From the NCBI RefSeq assembly GCF_018350175.1, contig NC_058368.1:131814001-131878000 (forward strand): DNA of 64,000 nt, in the 5' to 3' direction. This DNA is from Felis catus (lineage: Eukaryota). Shown here piece by piece: positions 36,841 through 49,444 of the stretch. The notes under the pieces were generated by a model that did not search any database, was not told the origin of the DNA, and saw nothing but the letters and a program-made list of their open reading frames with translations. A program made the translations under genes and the position numbers. Every line of letters begins with the position of its first letter. The stretch's first letter is position 1.

Positions 36841-38789
36841 AGAAATGTTCTGGTCATAATTTTTGTCTTGCTGTCTTCAGTGTCCTTGAGTGATATGTTT
36901 GATACCATGGATTCAGCTACCACCTGTATGCTAATAATTCTGAACTCTAGGAACACAGCCCAATATTATTTCTGGGCTATTATCCCACATTCTTGATTTT
37001 TTCTCTAGGAAACATCTCTACTTCAGGTGTCAAAGTTAAATACATCTTTATATGAAAACCTCCTTTCTTTAGGCCTGTTCAGTATCATTGATCACTCTGG
37101 CACCCCAGTATGTCTGAAGTTATCTTCTTTAGATGTCAGAGCACTAGTTTTGCATTATTCATGATTCAAATTTGTGCCTTATTAAAATGAAAGATATACT
37201 TCATGTCATGATCCTGTGGGTATATTTGTAAATGGACAAAACCACAAATGTCAGATCTGGAAGTTGCCAGGAGTCCCTTTCACTGATGTTTTCTGAAGAT
37301 GTCAAGTTTCCTTACATACCCATGCCTTCCCCACAATACCCCCACTCCTGTTTCTCCTTTTGTCTGGAGTGTCTTCTCCGTCATTTGACTCCACTAGATT
37401 TAGCTCCACTATAAATAAATATTTATTTTATGTAATCTCTAAAATGGCCATGTGATATAGATATTATTCCTATTTAAGCAAAGAAATCAGTACTCAGGCT
37501 AGGTCACTGTGCAAGACCAATGTAATTAAGAGGTAGTAAAATCAGAGTTTTGGTCTTAGGTTTCTATAGCCATTTAAGTCTCAATTATGATTCAAGTGCT
37601 CAGAAGCTGCCTCCTCCCAGCCGAAGCCATCTAGAAGGCTGGTGGGAAATTGCATTGGTGGCACAGCATTCTGGGGTGGAAGGCAGCTCAGTGCAGCTGG
37701 CCCCCTGCTGTTGCCTAACTCCCACAGGGTCCTGGACATCAGGCTGAGCCAGGGACAGAGCCAGGGTAGGAGAAAGGAGCTCTTCTGTCATTCTTTTTGT
37801 CAAATTAAATTTCTAGTCTGAAGTAAGTTTTGTTCAGTAAGTTTAGGATTGACTTTACTAGGAAATTAGTTTGAATTTTTTTCTATTTGTAACAACAGTA
37901 TGTGTTACATGTTTAAAGCATATCTTCTGCTGCTGCTGCTTACTATTATTGTACAAAGTAAAACAAACAAAATGTTTAATTTACACTGAATATCGTGAAC
38001 TTGATAAAAGCAATTTGTGTTTGCTACAAGGTTGAAATGCAAAAGGAGAGCACCGCAGATAGTGTTGTCTTGCCCTTTATGTTTGCTCTCAAACCTGAAA
38101 AACACTTCACACAGTGGAAAGACTAAATTCGTTCCTTTTTGCCAAGAAAATTGCAAACCACAGTCCATTATCAAATGAATAGTATAGGCCTAGTATTGTG
38201 TCATCATATTTCTCTCATCTGACTCTGTGCTGTGTGATAAAATTATCAAATGTTTGTTTCTGACCCTCAAATCTGTATCTTTTAGTTGGCTTATTCTTCT
38301 TTTCACCAGCTGCCTACTGGCCATCTCTCTCTATTTGAATATCTTACTAGTAACCCAAGCCCTAGCCAAGGCTTAGTTCATTATCTTTGTTTTCCAGACT
38401 TCTCCCTGTTCTGTGACTTCTTTTTCCACTCCCTGGTATCAGTATCCTCTAAAGAAAAATTTTAGATTGCGGTGTTTTTCTTACTTTTTTCTCTGCAAAA
38501 CCAGTTTGTTGTAGTATTCTACCAATTTTTCATCCATAACATATCTTAAATCTATTTTTCCTTTTAATTTTTTTTGCTACTACCCTCATTCAGGCCTTCA
38601 TTTCTAGCCTGGGCTGCTGCCTTAGTCTATAGACTGGTCTCCCAAGTTCTTACTCTTTATTCTCTTTCACTCAGAACAGTCTTCCTGAAACCCTGAAACC
38701 TCTTTAAGATGTCACAGTTACACTCTGTTAACTCTAGAAGTAAGGCCATGATCCCCCTTTACCAATTCTGCCCTCTGGTCTAATACTTC

Positions 38790-39020
38790 TTCTTCTTGTT
38801 TTGTTTTGTTTTTTTTTTTTTAATGTTTATTTATTTACTTTGAGGGAGAGAGAGAGATCGCAAGCAGCGGAGGGGCAGAGAGACAGAGAGAGAGAGAATC
38901 TTAAGCAGGCTCTGCACTGCCCAGAGCTCCATGCGGGACTCAATCTCACCAACACTGAGATCATGACCTGAGCTGAAATCAAGAGTCAGACACTTAACTG
39001 ACTGAACCACCCAGGCGCCC
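38790..39020 (-). mobile_element. CanSINE
   Basis: TSD GTCTAATACTTC on both sides. Confidence 0.9.
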
Positions 39021-39044
39021 TTGTCTAATACTTCCTAAACCATT

Positions 39045-39208
39045 TAAAACCACTGGAAAATAGGTCCAATACTTCCTTAAAAATTAAAAATTACATTCCT
39101 ACACCCCATTTCAGACCTACTGAACAGAATCTCCAAGGAAGGGGCCTGAGAAGCTGTACTTTTAATGAATTCCCTGGAATTCTTATCAGGGAAATGTAGG
39201 AAACACTG
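39045..39208. mobile_element. MER5-like hAT MITE
   Basis: CAGACCTACTGAACAGAATCTCCAAGGAAGGGGCCTGAGAAGCTGTACTTTTAA...GGAAACACTG. Confidence 0.7.
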
Positions 39209-41149
39209 TTAGCAGACCTGAACTATTTGCTGTTCTACATAAATGTTTTGTATTTTCTTTTCTGTGTGTCTTTGTTCACGTTTTTCACCTGCCTGAAGTC
39301 CTATCCCATTCTGGATGTCAAAGTCACACTTATTTTCAACACCTAAAATACCATCTTTCTAAATGTCTTTTCTTAATTGTTTCTTTTTCTGATCTAACCT
39401 TTGCTTCTCTTGTGACAGTTAACATTTTCCTTTTAATAACATCCATTTTGTTTTATTACACAAGAAATATGTGACTGTGTTCTCACTGTATACTACTCAA
39501 ACATTATACCCTTTTCTTTCTTCCATATTAAGTGTGTAGAGTCCTGGGCTGTGGGCTCTTTGATGGTAAACTGTGTCATCTTTGAGTGACAGTAGGTTGG
39601 AGTAGACATAGCATGGATTTGGGATCATACACACTCATATTGGCACTTTGCTTTCCACTGATACTTTGTGACCTTTACTTAGTCTCTCCGAGCCTTACAT
39701 CTCCTCCTTGTAACATGAAAATACTCTGAACCATTTAGATTGTGAAATAAGGACGTGGGTAGTCATTACTTCGATACAATATGCAGTCTTGGAAAATGTT
39801 TTTGAAAGTCAAATGTCTTAAACAGTATACTCTATGTTATAATCTGTATTATATTCTCAGAGAGCTAAAGAATATCAAACAGTCTCTAATATGATTGTGA
39901 TTATTATTCAGATGCTGCTGCCCTCATGTTAAAGCAGTCTAGAGGGTTGGGTTGGCAAAAAACTTCACCAACAATTTGGGGTTGGAAGCCTTAACTCCAC
40001 ACAACTGCCCTAGTGCTCTTACTGAGCACTCCCTGGGACTCCTGGATCATAGCTTGAGCAGCCTTGAAGGGCATCCTGTACATCATGACACACCAACAAC
40101 CCATTCTCCACATGTGAATGGGTCTCGGCACACTGTGCAGAATCTTTGGCTTACTGAATTTAGCTATTTGGTCTGTTTATATAATGGAGACATGAATAAG
40201 TTTAGTTTGAGAAAATACAACAACAGTAAAAAATCATTGCAGGTTGTTGACTTAGAGGAAAGGAAATTCTCTAGAGGGCATGAGACAAACTCCAGAGCCA
40301 AAAAAAAAAAAAAAATGGAAGTATATTTTATATATTTTCCTTTTGTACTATTCTTCAGACTTTGAGAACTGTTCCAATACAGTTTACCTTTGGGGTTAAA
40401 TGAGACCTTGCTAAGAAAAATGAATGCTAGCCTGAATATTGGAAAAGTATGACCAATAGATAAAAGTAAGACTTACTGTTTTTAAATGTATGTAATAATT
40501 AGAACCAAAGTCAAGTAAGTGTCTTTTACAATGACCAAGAACAATTTTCAGTTTCACCGGATGGATGAAATTAAATATTTCTAGAAGTCTTGAAAATAAT
40601 TGTTTCATTATTCATTTGCTTATCAAGTTCATTGACTCCACAGTGTGTTAAGCTTTATTCCAGAACCTGTCTAACATCACAAGTTAATAATGCTGAAGTC
40701 TGAACTGGGGCTTTGGGGTTTTACTTTATGTGAAAGTAGAAATAAGATAGAACCCCTCTGGTTTATGGATTATCAGTGTGGGATTACAGAGACAACTTCA
40801 CCCCACTCATTTATTCCTGACAAAGTACCTCTCCCACATGGGTTAGCTTTCCTTCATTATTTATTTCAGTATCTTTCTACTACCTGATAAAATCTCTTTT
40901 AGAATAATAGAATTTTACAGCTCAAAGGGATCTAGTCCAACTTCCTTCCTTTATAGATGAGGAAACTGAGACTCTAGTTAAGTGACTTGCCAGACTGACT
41001 TCATTTCCTTTTTGATAGGATTGCATGATAGGAGGATGCCATAATAACATATCTTGAGTTCTGGAAAGCATGCTGTCAGAGTCTTGTGGACAACACGAGG
41101 AAATGCGATCTGGGAGATATTATAGTCAGATGGGTTTATAGTTGATTGA

Positions 41150-41590
41150 ATACTTCTGCCCAAAGAGTGCTTTGTTGTCAACCTGTGCATGATTATTTGA
41201 ACTAGGAAGTTAAAGTGGAATAGGAGTACATGTAAATTCTGTACTTGAACTTAATGCAATCAGCTGAATAGGTATAAGACTTTATAGGCCATAAGTCCTA
41301 GTTGAATTATGAAGAGTAAGGTCTCTGAATAAGGAATTTAACATTCTTTGCATTTGGGGGGATCACATTTGCAGCATTTTGTTCAGTTCAGAACACATTT
41401 AAGAAGGATACTGACAAACCAGATGCATTCAGAGGAAGGGAGGATCTTGCGGAGGATGGGGATGAAGCCAAAAACCATTGCACATGGAGAATGCTTGACG
41501 AGCTGGATATACTTTGAAGATGTAAAAACTAAGTGAAAATGTGGTCCTAGGCTTCAAACATTTGGAGAGTTTTTATCTGGAGGATCCCTG
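41150..41590 (+). mobile_element. L3/CR1 LINE remnant
   Basis: Translates to HLQHFVQF-x-H with KKDTDK in a shifted frame, like the CR1 ORF2 motif HLEYCVQFWAPHFKKDIDKLE. Confidence 0.6.
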
Positions 41591-41689
41591 CCTTTGTTTT
41601 GCTTTCTTAAATAATAGTTTTATTCAACTGTCCGTACTGGTTTAAAGTTTACTCCCAAATCTTTGTGTCTAATTTAAAAACAGATGTCA

Positions 41690-42147
41690 TGGGGCGCCTG
41701 GGTGGCGCAGTCGGTTAAGCGTCCGACTTCAGCCAGGTCACGATCTCGCGGTCCGTGAGTTCGAGCCCCGCGTCAGGCTCTGGGCTGATGGCTCAGAGCC
41801 TGGAGCCTGTTTCCGATTCTGTGTCTCCCTCTCTCTCTCTGTCCCTCCCCCGTTCATGCTCTGTCTCTCTCTGTCCCAAAAATAAATAAAAACGTTGAAA
41901 AAAAAAACAATTAAAAAAAAATAAAAACAGATGTCAGAAAATATTTTTCATGTGAAAGTCTACAATCAAACAAGCGGTTTTCAATGAGGCAAGTTAAGTG
42001 GTAGTTTCATTATAAAGGTATCTCAATAGCTAGATTTAAAAAATAGTAAACTGTGCCACATTCACAGTGATACACATAGCATTTCTCTCACTGCAAGATA
42101 TGCTAACATTTTTACCTCAAATCCCAAGTTATAAAAAGACTCTTTTT
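41690..42147 (+). repeat. Inverted duplicate, right arm
   Basis: SINE plus ~225 nt non-SINE flank, matching 36178-36634 inverted. Confidence 0.95.
41691..41921 (+). mobile_element. Young felid CanSINE
   Basis: TSD TAAAAACAGATGTCA at 41675-41689 and 41922-41936. Confidence 0.95.
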
Positions 42148-42431
42148 CTCACCCATAAAAAGTTACATGGATGGACAAATATACCACTTTTGAGAATAAA
42201 ATAAGAATGCTTTGTCCTATTCTCATTTATTCCAAGAAATTAAAGTCTCCCAAAAGCTTGGATCTGGGGGTACACACAGCATGAAGACTGCTGCCAGGCC
42301 TTTTGCACAGAAGTTGTCAGAAATGTTGAACAGTCTAATTTACAAACTGTTCTGGCCTGATTAAATTGTATTAAACTTTACTTGTCCTAGTTGTTTATAC
42401 TTAACTAGTTTTAAAAAGATGTTAATATATT

Positions 42432-42923
42432 TGTATTCATCTCATATTTCTGCTGTAACTAATGACTATCAATTTAGTGGTCTGAAGCAAAACAGATTTT
42501 ATATGGTACATTTCTGGGGTCACAGGTCCAAAACAGGTTTCCCTGGGCTACATACTGGGGTATTGGCCGGGCTTCCTTCCTTCTGGAGGTTCTGGGAAGA
42601 ATCTCTTCCCTTCACTTTTCCACCTTTAGAGCTCATTTGCATTTCTTGTCTTGTGGCCGCTTCCTCTAGCTTCAAAGCCAACAATAGCCCGTAGAGTCTT
42701 TCTCATGCTTTATCATTATGGGATGGACTCTACTGCCTCCCTCTTTCACTTGTAAGGACTCTTGTGATTACATTGGATGTACCCTGATAGACCAGGATAA
42801 TCTCCCCATCTCAGAATCCTTAATTTATCCACAAAGTCCCTTTTGCCATGTCAGGTAACATATTCACAGGCTTTGAGGACTAGGATGTGGACATCTGTAG
42901 GGGGTCATTATTATACCTACCAA
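42432..42923 (-). mobile_element. MLT1-type solo LTR
   Basis: CTGCTGTAACTAATGAC...CCAGGATAATCTCCCCATCTCA...GACTAGGATGTGGACATCT. Confidence 0.85.
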
Positions 42924-43580
42924 TCTCTTTGTATTTAAACTGTACTCTATTCACTATACCTAATAGCAGACATTGCTTGTAGTTTGTTTTAGTTCTAGAA
43001 GGTAAAACTAGGACTGGTTGGATGGTTAGAAATTGCACGTGGATTTTTTTCCCCTCCAATTAGAAAGAGAACTGTCCAAGAAGAGAAGACTAGAAGAATT
43101 TAAAAAGGGTGGGGTGTGTGTGTGTGTGGTGTGGTTGTAAGCTCCTTTCAGGTGTTGAGATACTGGTTAGTCAGCAGTGATGTCAAGGAGATTCCTGCTT
43201 TGGGTGAGAGACTAGATTAAGTGGCCTATGAGATCTTTATTTTTCAACTATTAACTCTGGTTCTGTGCTAAAGGTCAGAGAATGTGATCGGGTTCTTCAG
43301 AGAAACAATACATGTATATGTGCAGTTCTGTGGTAACTTATTTTGAAGGATGTATCATTTTTTGGAAGAAAAGGTGTTTTTAAAATAATATTTTCTGTCA
43401 ATGCAAGAGTTAGCTTCTTACTTATAAAGCTTTAATTTATGCTGAAAATTTCAGGAACATATATCTTTTGCTAGCCACATTACAGCAGTACTAGATTTTA
43501 TGTAAATTTGTTAACTTGCCCTTTTGGAAGACTATTTTATTTCTTCCTCACTTATGATTATATCATATATTTATTCCTAG

Positions 43581-43660
43581 AGCATGAAGGGAAAAAGCAA
43601 AAGTAGTCATGACTTGCTTAAGGATGATCCCCATCTCAGTTCTGTGCCAGCTGTTGGAAG
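43581..43660 (+). CDS. CWC27: CWC27 exon 8 (SMKGKSKSSHDLLKDDPHLSSVPAVGS)
   Basis: ttcctag acceptor, 80 nt, donor gttagt; KSSHDLL motif. Confidence 0.96.
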
Positions 43661-44620
43661 GTTAGTATGCTACCAATGTGATCTCAAATCCTTATTTTCT
43701 GGCTCAGATATTTTCTCGCTGCTTTTGTGACAAAATGCTCTGTTCTCTTAAATCCAATTTTTTCCACTCAGACAAAAAACAAAAGCATTTTGGTGATGGA
43801 GATAGTAGAGGTTCTAGCATAATGGAGGGAAGCACACTGGCCTCTTACACTCATCTTACTATCTATCTCTGTTGAACTAATTAAATTTAAAATTAAGTGC
43901 TAAACTTTTAAATCTTGGGATAGTTTGAATAGGAAACTGTTTGCTTTTTTTTTTTTTTAAGTTTAATGTTTAATTCAAAGTTGCTTTGAAGCATTTTGTA
44001 CCAGTTGGTATGATGAGTAGACAAATCAGAGTTGAAAAGTTTTGTGAAGTCACTGTATTTTAGACCAATTCATTGAGTATTTTTTTCTGACATATTTTAG
44101 GAGTTAACAGAAAACTCTCTATCTTTGTTGCTTCTCTCTGAGAAGGGAGGATGTATTACTGTTAAATACAACTGCACATGATATTGGGACAATGTCTCAA
44201 ATGGGGATTAAAACACTATTGTACTGAATTTAGCTTGTGTTACAAAATTCTATTTCAAAAAAATCTTTTCTTAATATCCTGGTAGTTTAAGGATTTGGCC
44301 TTTTCAGCCAGAATATGTCAAGCCAATGGAAGAAATTGTTTTCTCAACTCCTCTGTTCATAAAAATATCACTATTGGTTGTTATTTGCTTTTTTCTGTTA
44401 ATTCTAGTGAATTTGTATATGCGCTAATCGGGCATACTTATTATTCTATTTGTAAAAATGAATCTCTTTTAGAATGTTTCTGTTGCTCTACAATGCCATC
44501 CTGAAATTCCTATGTTTTGAACTGTTAATCCCAGCAAAATATTCTAAATTTTGATTAGTGAATAATTTTATTAGTTTCATTTTGAAGGTAAACTTTACTT
44601 GCTTTCATTTTTTTTTGTAG

Positions 44621-44654
44621 CGAAAAAGGTGATGCAGCAGGAGATTCAGCTAAT
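44621..44654 (+). CDS. CWC27: CWC27 exon 9, 34-nt microexon (EKGDAAGDSAN)
   Basis: ttttttgtag acceptor, donor gtgagt; restores frame between exon 8 (ends phase 2) and exon 10 (starts phase 0). Confidence 0.92.
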
Positions 44655-44897
44655 GTGAGTATTAATCTTACTATAAATATAGTTTGAACAATTAACAAAA
44701 TTTTAAAGATCTGAAAAGTAAATCATTTATTTTGATTGAAGTATTTCCTTCCAAGTGTGCATGTAGATGTGTATGTCCCTACAAACTGAAATCATACGTA
44801 TATGAATTTCTAGCCCATTTTTCTCCCTCTCACTACTAGAATACTCAAAATTCATATGTCATTGATTTTATTTAATTGTGTTAAAAGTTTAAATGTT

Positions 44898-45115
44898 GGG
44901 GTGCCTGGGTGGCTCAGTCGGTTAAGTGTCCGACTTCGGCTTAGGTCATGATCTCACGGTTCGTGAGTTTGAGCCCCGCGTTGGGCTCTGTTCTGACAGC
45001 TCAGAACTTGGATCCTGCTTCAGATTCTGTGTCTCCCTCTCTGCCCCTTCTCTGCTCACAGTCTGTCTCTCACTCTCTCAAAAATATGTAAACATAAAAA
45101 AAAAGTGTTTTAAAC
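44898..45115 (+). mobile_element. CanSINE
   Basis: TSD AAAAGTTTAAATGTTG. Confidence 0.92.
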
Positions 45116-45903
45116 AAAAGTTTAAATGTTGATGCGTGGGCATCCTACACAACGTATGGGAAAATGCTTAGATCAGTCATTTATAGCAGTATTCCTTAAT
45201 GTACACAATTCAGAAGATTCTCGTTCAAGACTATAGCGATCTTTATTAATTGTATTGGCTATTAAAGCTGATTATAAAAAAGACCTAAAGGAGGTGTAAG
45301 AGCAAGCAGTGCAGGTGCATAGAATTTGGGTGTTTCTGAATGGAGAGAACGCCAGCGCTAAAGCTGACTGGTGTTGCCAGCCTGGAGTTGTAGGAGATTG
45401 TGTCAGGGAGTACAGACTGTACAGGGTCCTGAGTGAGTTGAGGGTCCCCTGGAGGATTCTGAGAAGGGGAGTAATTGCTGTGACTTCAATTAGAGTAAGA
45501 AATCTAAGCTTCTCCACCTTCTCCTCATCTACTTGAATTAATCTCTGGTTGAGGTCGTTATGCTGGCCAACTGCCTGCAGAAGTTACATTTCCCCTGGGA
45601 AAGAACAGGAATGTGGACAACACAATACCCTGGGTGATACAGAGGGAGCACGGCCTGTGCTGCACGGAGGGGCTGTGTGTGAAGGGAGCAAACACTCCTT
45701 ACTCAGGTATCCCATACTGATGTAGTTGGCCTACAGCAGACCATACGGGTATTCCTGCCTGTAGCAAATGCTTCAAGTCCTTACTAATTTAAAATAAAAA
45801 AACAAAACTGGCTTAAAATGCAATGTGGAGAGTCGGAGATGGATCTCTGGTGGTGTAAGGGGATGTGGGATGCCTAGCAAATACTGCATTTCAAATTCTA
45901 CAG

Positions 45904-46058
45904 GATGGAGAATATGAAGGTGCAGAGCCTGATGAATATATTGATGGTGATGGGAAGAACCTGATGAGAGAGAGGATTGCAAAAAAATTAAAAAAGGACA
46001 CCGGTGCAAATGTGAAGTCCACTGGAGAGGGAGAAGTGAAGAAGTTGGTTACCCGCAG
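45904..46058 (+). CDS. CWC27: CWC27 exon 10 (DGEYEGAEPDEYIDGDGKNLMRERIAKKLKKDTGANVKSTGEGEVKKLVTR)
   Basis: ttctacag acceptor, 155 nt, donor CAG/gtgagt. Confidence 0.96.
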
Positions 46059-46747
46059 GTGAGTCAGTTATGGTGCTTCCTGGTGTCAGTTGTCTTTCTC
46101 TCCTTCACTCTAAATTAGTATTGAGTCCTCTCTTCCACTTCTTTTTCAGAACACTATTTTCATAATGTTTGATAGATATGCCAGTTGTGTGTTAGCCTGT
46201 TTGGGGACCTAACATACAGTTTTAAAGTACTTACAGCAATGGTCCCTCGAGTCAAATTCCTCTTCATTTTCTCTCTAATCTCTTCTTTAAAAGCCCCTAC
46301 AAATTTCTATATGTGGGGCAAGCAATATATTAGTTAGATGCAGAAGGCCGTGTTTGTCTAATACCAATGCAAGCAGTAGAGTAACATATAGAATGAAAAG
46401 CCAAGTCCTTAGATTTAGGTGAGTAAAATATGTCACAACTGGTTATGAAAGTGTGCGGGCCTGAAAAAATTCTTAAGTATCTTTTCAATTCTGATTTATA
46501 CCATATACCCCTCCTAATCTCTGTCAGAAAAGAAATTTCAGCACATGTCTGATAGTGAAGAGTTGTTAAATTTTGTGACTCAACACTATATTCTGAAATT
46601 CAACTTAACTGAAAAACTCTCCTTTGTGATTTTATTATTCAACTTTATGGTATACATTTTAAATAATACTGCCTTAAAAATGTTTTCTTTGGATCGCCTA
46701 CATTTGGGGATAAGATGGGTGTAACTACATATAAACAACATTCTTAT

Positions 46748-46961
46748 TTTTTTTTAAGTGTATTTATTTTGAGAGAGAGAGACAGAGAGAGTGAGCAGGG
46801 GAGGGGCAGAGAGAGAGAGAGAGAAAGAGAGAATCCCAAGCAGGCTCCACACTGTCAGCACAGAGCCCGATGTGGGGCTGGAACTCATAGCACTGTGAGA
46901 TCATGACCTGAGCCAAAACCAAGAGTTGGATGCTTAGCTGACTCAGCCTCCCAGGAACCCC
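46748..46961 (-). mobile_element. CanSINE
   Basis: TSD CAACATTCTTATTTTT. Confidence 0.9.
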
Positions 46962-47967
46962 AGCAACATTCTTATTTTTCTGCTATGTTTCTCCACTTCA
47001 TATAGAAAAACTTAAAAATAAAAGGCATTTCCCTATTGGCACTGCTTTGGTTCCTAAATTTTTTCCTTCATGTAACCTGAAAAGTAATTGTCAGCAATCT
47101 CCACTGATGGTAATAAACCCTTATATTCAGAAATCGTACTTAAATATAGTAGATTAACATTGGGCAACTATTGACAATGTTTTAGTGATCATATATGAGC
47201 TTATATATCATATCAAGTCTGTAACCTTAAGTCAGATTATACATACAATCAAGGATGCTTTTTCTCTCTCATTTTCATTCAAAACATGCATTTTCTAATT
47301 TTTAAGAACTATGAATATGGTACAGGTTAGGCTTATAATGTGACAAAAAATGCATTTTGAATTTTTAACAGATGAAACAAATAGTTGTTATGCTTAAGTG
47401 CTTAAGTCCTCAATTCTCCTGTCTTACTGGCTTTAATACAAGTTGCAATATTTATACACCCTGTAATTAATATAACTTATAATTTAGCAGAGCTGACTTT
47501 TCTTTAAGTACTAAATAAAGCTTATTTGGCAAAATTTGCCTTAATAAATAGTGAAAACACCAAAACATCTATTTTTAACTGTTTCCCTCTTCCCCCAGAT
47601 TTTCAATATTGACATCCTCCTCTCTCCCTCCTTCATCTTACCTCTCCTGCCCTCAAAGAGAAATAAAAGAAAAATAAGGAGGTTGGGATAGAGAAGACAG
47701 TACAGGATTTCAAAGGGAAAATACAGTTTTTCACTCTTACTTAGAAATTTCCACATTTGTCTCATGAACACTTATTTTGCGTACAAAAAAAGTCCAAAAT
47801 TATTAGTTAGTTATAGCAGCTTCACTATAGTAACTCTCAAGTTAGTGTTATGTTAAAAAAATAAAAGGGTCGATATACTGGGACTGAAATAATTTTATAA
47901 GGAATAAAATATGATATTTAATTATTTCTGATGTTTTAAAAAGATATGTGCTGGTAAAGATTTAAAT

Positions 47968-48260
47968 CAGTGTCTTTCAACCTTTTCAGTACATTGAGGT
48001 CACCTAAGAATAGGCCCCACCCCTGACTAAGTCTGTCAGAAATTTTGGTACGGCATCCTAAGGTTAAAAAAGCACTCTAGGAAAAAAAAAATAATAAATA
48101 AAATAAAACAAAATAAAACAAAACAAAATAAAATAAAATAAAATAAAATAAAATAAAATAAAATAAAATAAAATAAAATAAAATAAAATAAAATAAAATA
48201 AATAAAAAAAAAAGCACTCCAGGTTATTCTACTGAGCACCTAAGGTTAATTTTAAGTTTG
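47968..48260. mobile_element. MER5-like hAT MITE interrupted by an A-rich insertion
   Basis: CAGTGTCTTTCAAC...AGGCCCCACCCC...CACTCCAGGTTATTCT. Confidence 0.6.
48082..48207. repeat. (AAAAT)n microsatellite flanked by a TSD
   Basis: AAAAT/AAAAC array between AAAAAAGCACTC(T/C)AGG copies. Confidence 0.9.
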
Positions 48261-49444
48261 GGCTTAATTGGCGCTGGTCTTTTGGAACGTCCTATTTTAA
48301 AGTTGATTGTAAAGAATTATTTTGCCTGTAGGTGGAGCTCAACTGCTGCAAGTTAATCCTATAAACCAAATTCAGCTGTCTGCCCTATTTTTTAACATCT
48401 GTGTAGGGATTCATAATAAAAGACCAAAGGATAAAATCAGACGTAACAAGCAGACCAAATAGTTAGAAATCGTTGGTTTGTTGTGATGGGATTATAATCA
48501 TTATAGAAATTCTGTCTTTGTGTAATTTCTATCAAATGTAATTATATTGTGATTACTCTTCTAAATTATTTTCATTACATTGAAATATGAATCAAAAAAA
48601 TACTGACACATACCCTCAAATTATAATCATTAAACATTTGATAGAAATATTTCAAGGTTAACCAGAGTGGTATTAGTTTTGATGTTTGAACAGGTTCTGG
48701 TTTGATCAGCTGTGTTCTGTTGACCCATGATATTTAGTTGACCTTTGTCTTAAAACAACTCTCTTATTGGTAAAGTTAAGTCGTATTTGTGTTTTAGTTA
48801 TGACTTATGTTAGGTTGACTGAATATGAAATATCATTATTATGATAGTGCCAGGAATTTAGATATGGATATTGAAGTTGGGATGGAAGACCTAATGAGTT
48901 GGATTGAACTTTAAGTTACGAGGCAAGGGGTAATATAGTCGTAAATACCTCCTGAGTATACTCCCCGAGGCCTGGGTGAACACCCAAATTAGATGGTGCC
49001 AATTGTAGCCTCTCCAGTCTCTCTTTGTTGGGTTTGACATATGTTACTAGGATTTCTTAACTTCCCATTGTTTCTAGCTTCTCAAAAACATTTGTGAGCT
49101 TTCTCTCAGCCTTGGGGATCTGAGTCTCAATATGATCAGTCACAGGAAGTCCAGATTCAAAAAGATAATACCAAATTTAAATTTCAAACATTTAGAAGAT
49201 AGTATGCATTTTTAAATTATATTACAAATTTTAAAAGATAATACAATAACAGATTGAAATCCGCAGACCTTTTAACAACCCTTTTTTAACCATTAGAATC
49301 ATCATCTCTGAGAAGTCCCCCTCTTCTGTTCAACAGAACATTTACAAGCAAGGACTGCATTAACCATTTAGACCATTCTGCTTCTGTTTACCTTCGTTTG
49401 CTCTGAGATGTCTACTGAAGCAGACATTTAAAAAGAGGAAGAGT

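Larger units (their letters stand above)
12966..46058 (+). other. CWC27: CWC27 (spliceosome-associated cyclophilin, SDCCAG10) coding exons 1-10; gene continues beyond the right edge
   Basis: Ten GT-AG exons join into one open frame of 938 nt from MSNIYIQEPPTNGKVLLKTTAGDIDIELW to GEVKKLVTR; cyclophilin motifs [36 protein letters not shown]. Confidence 0.98.
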
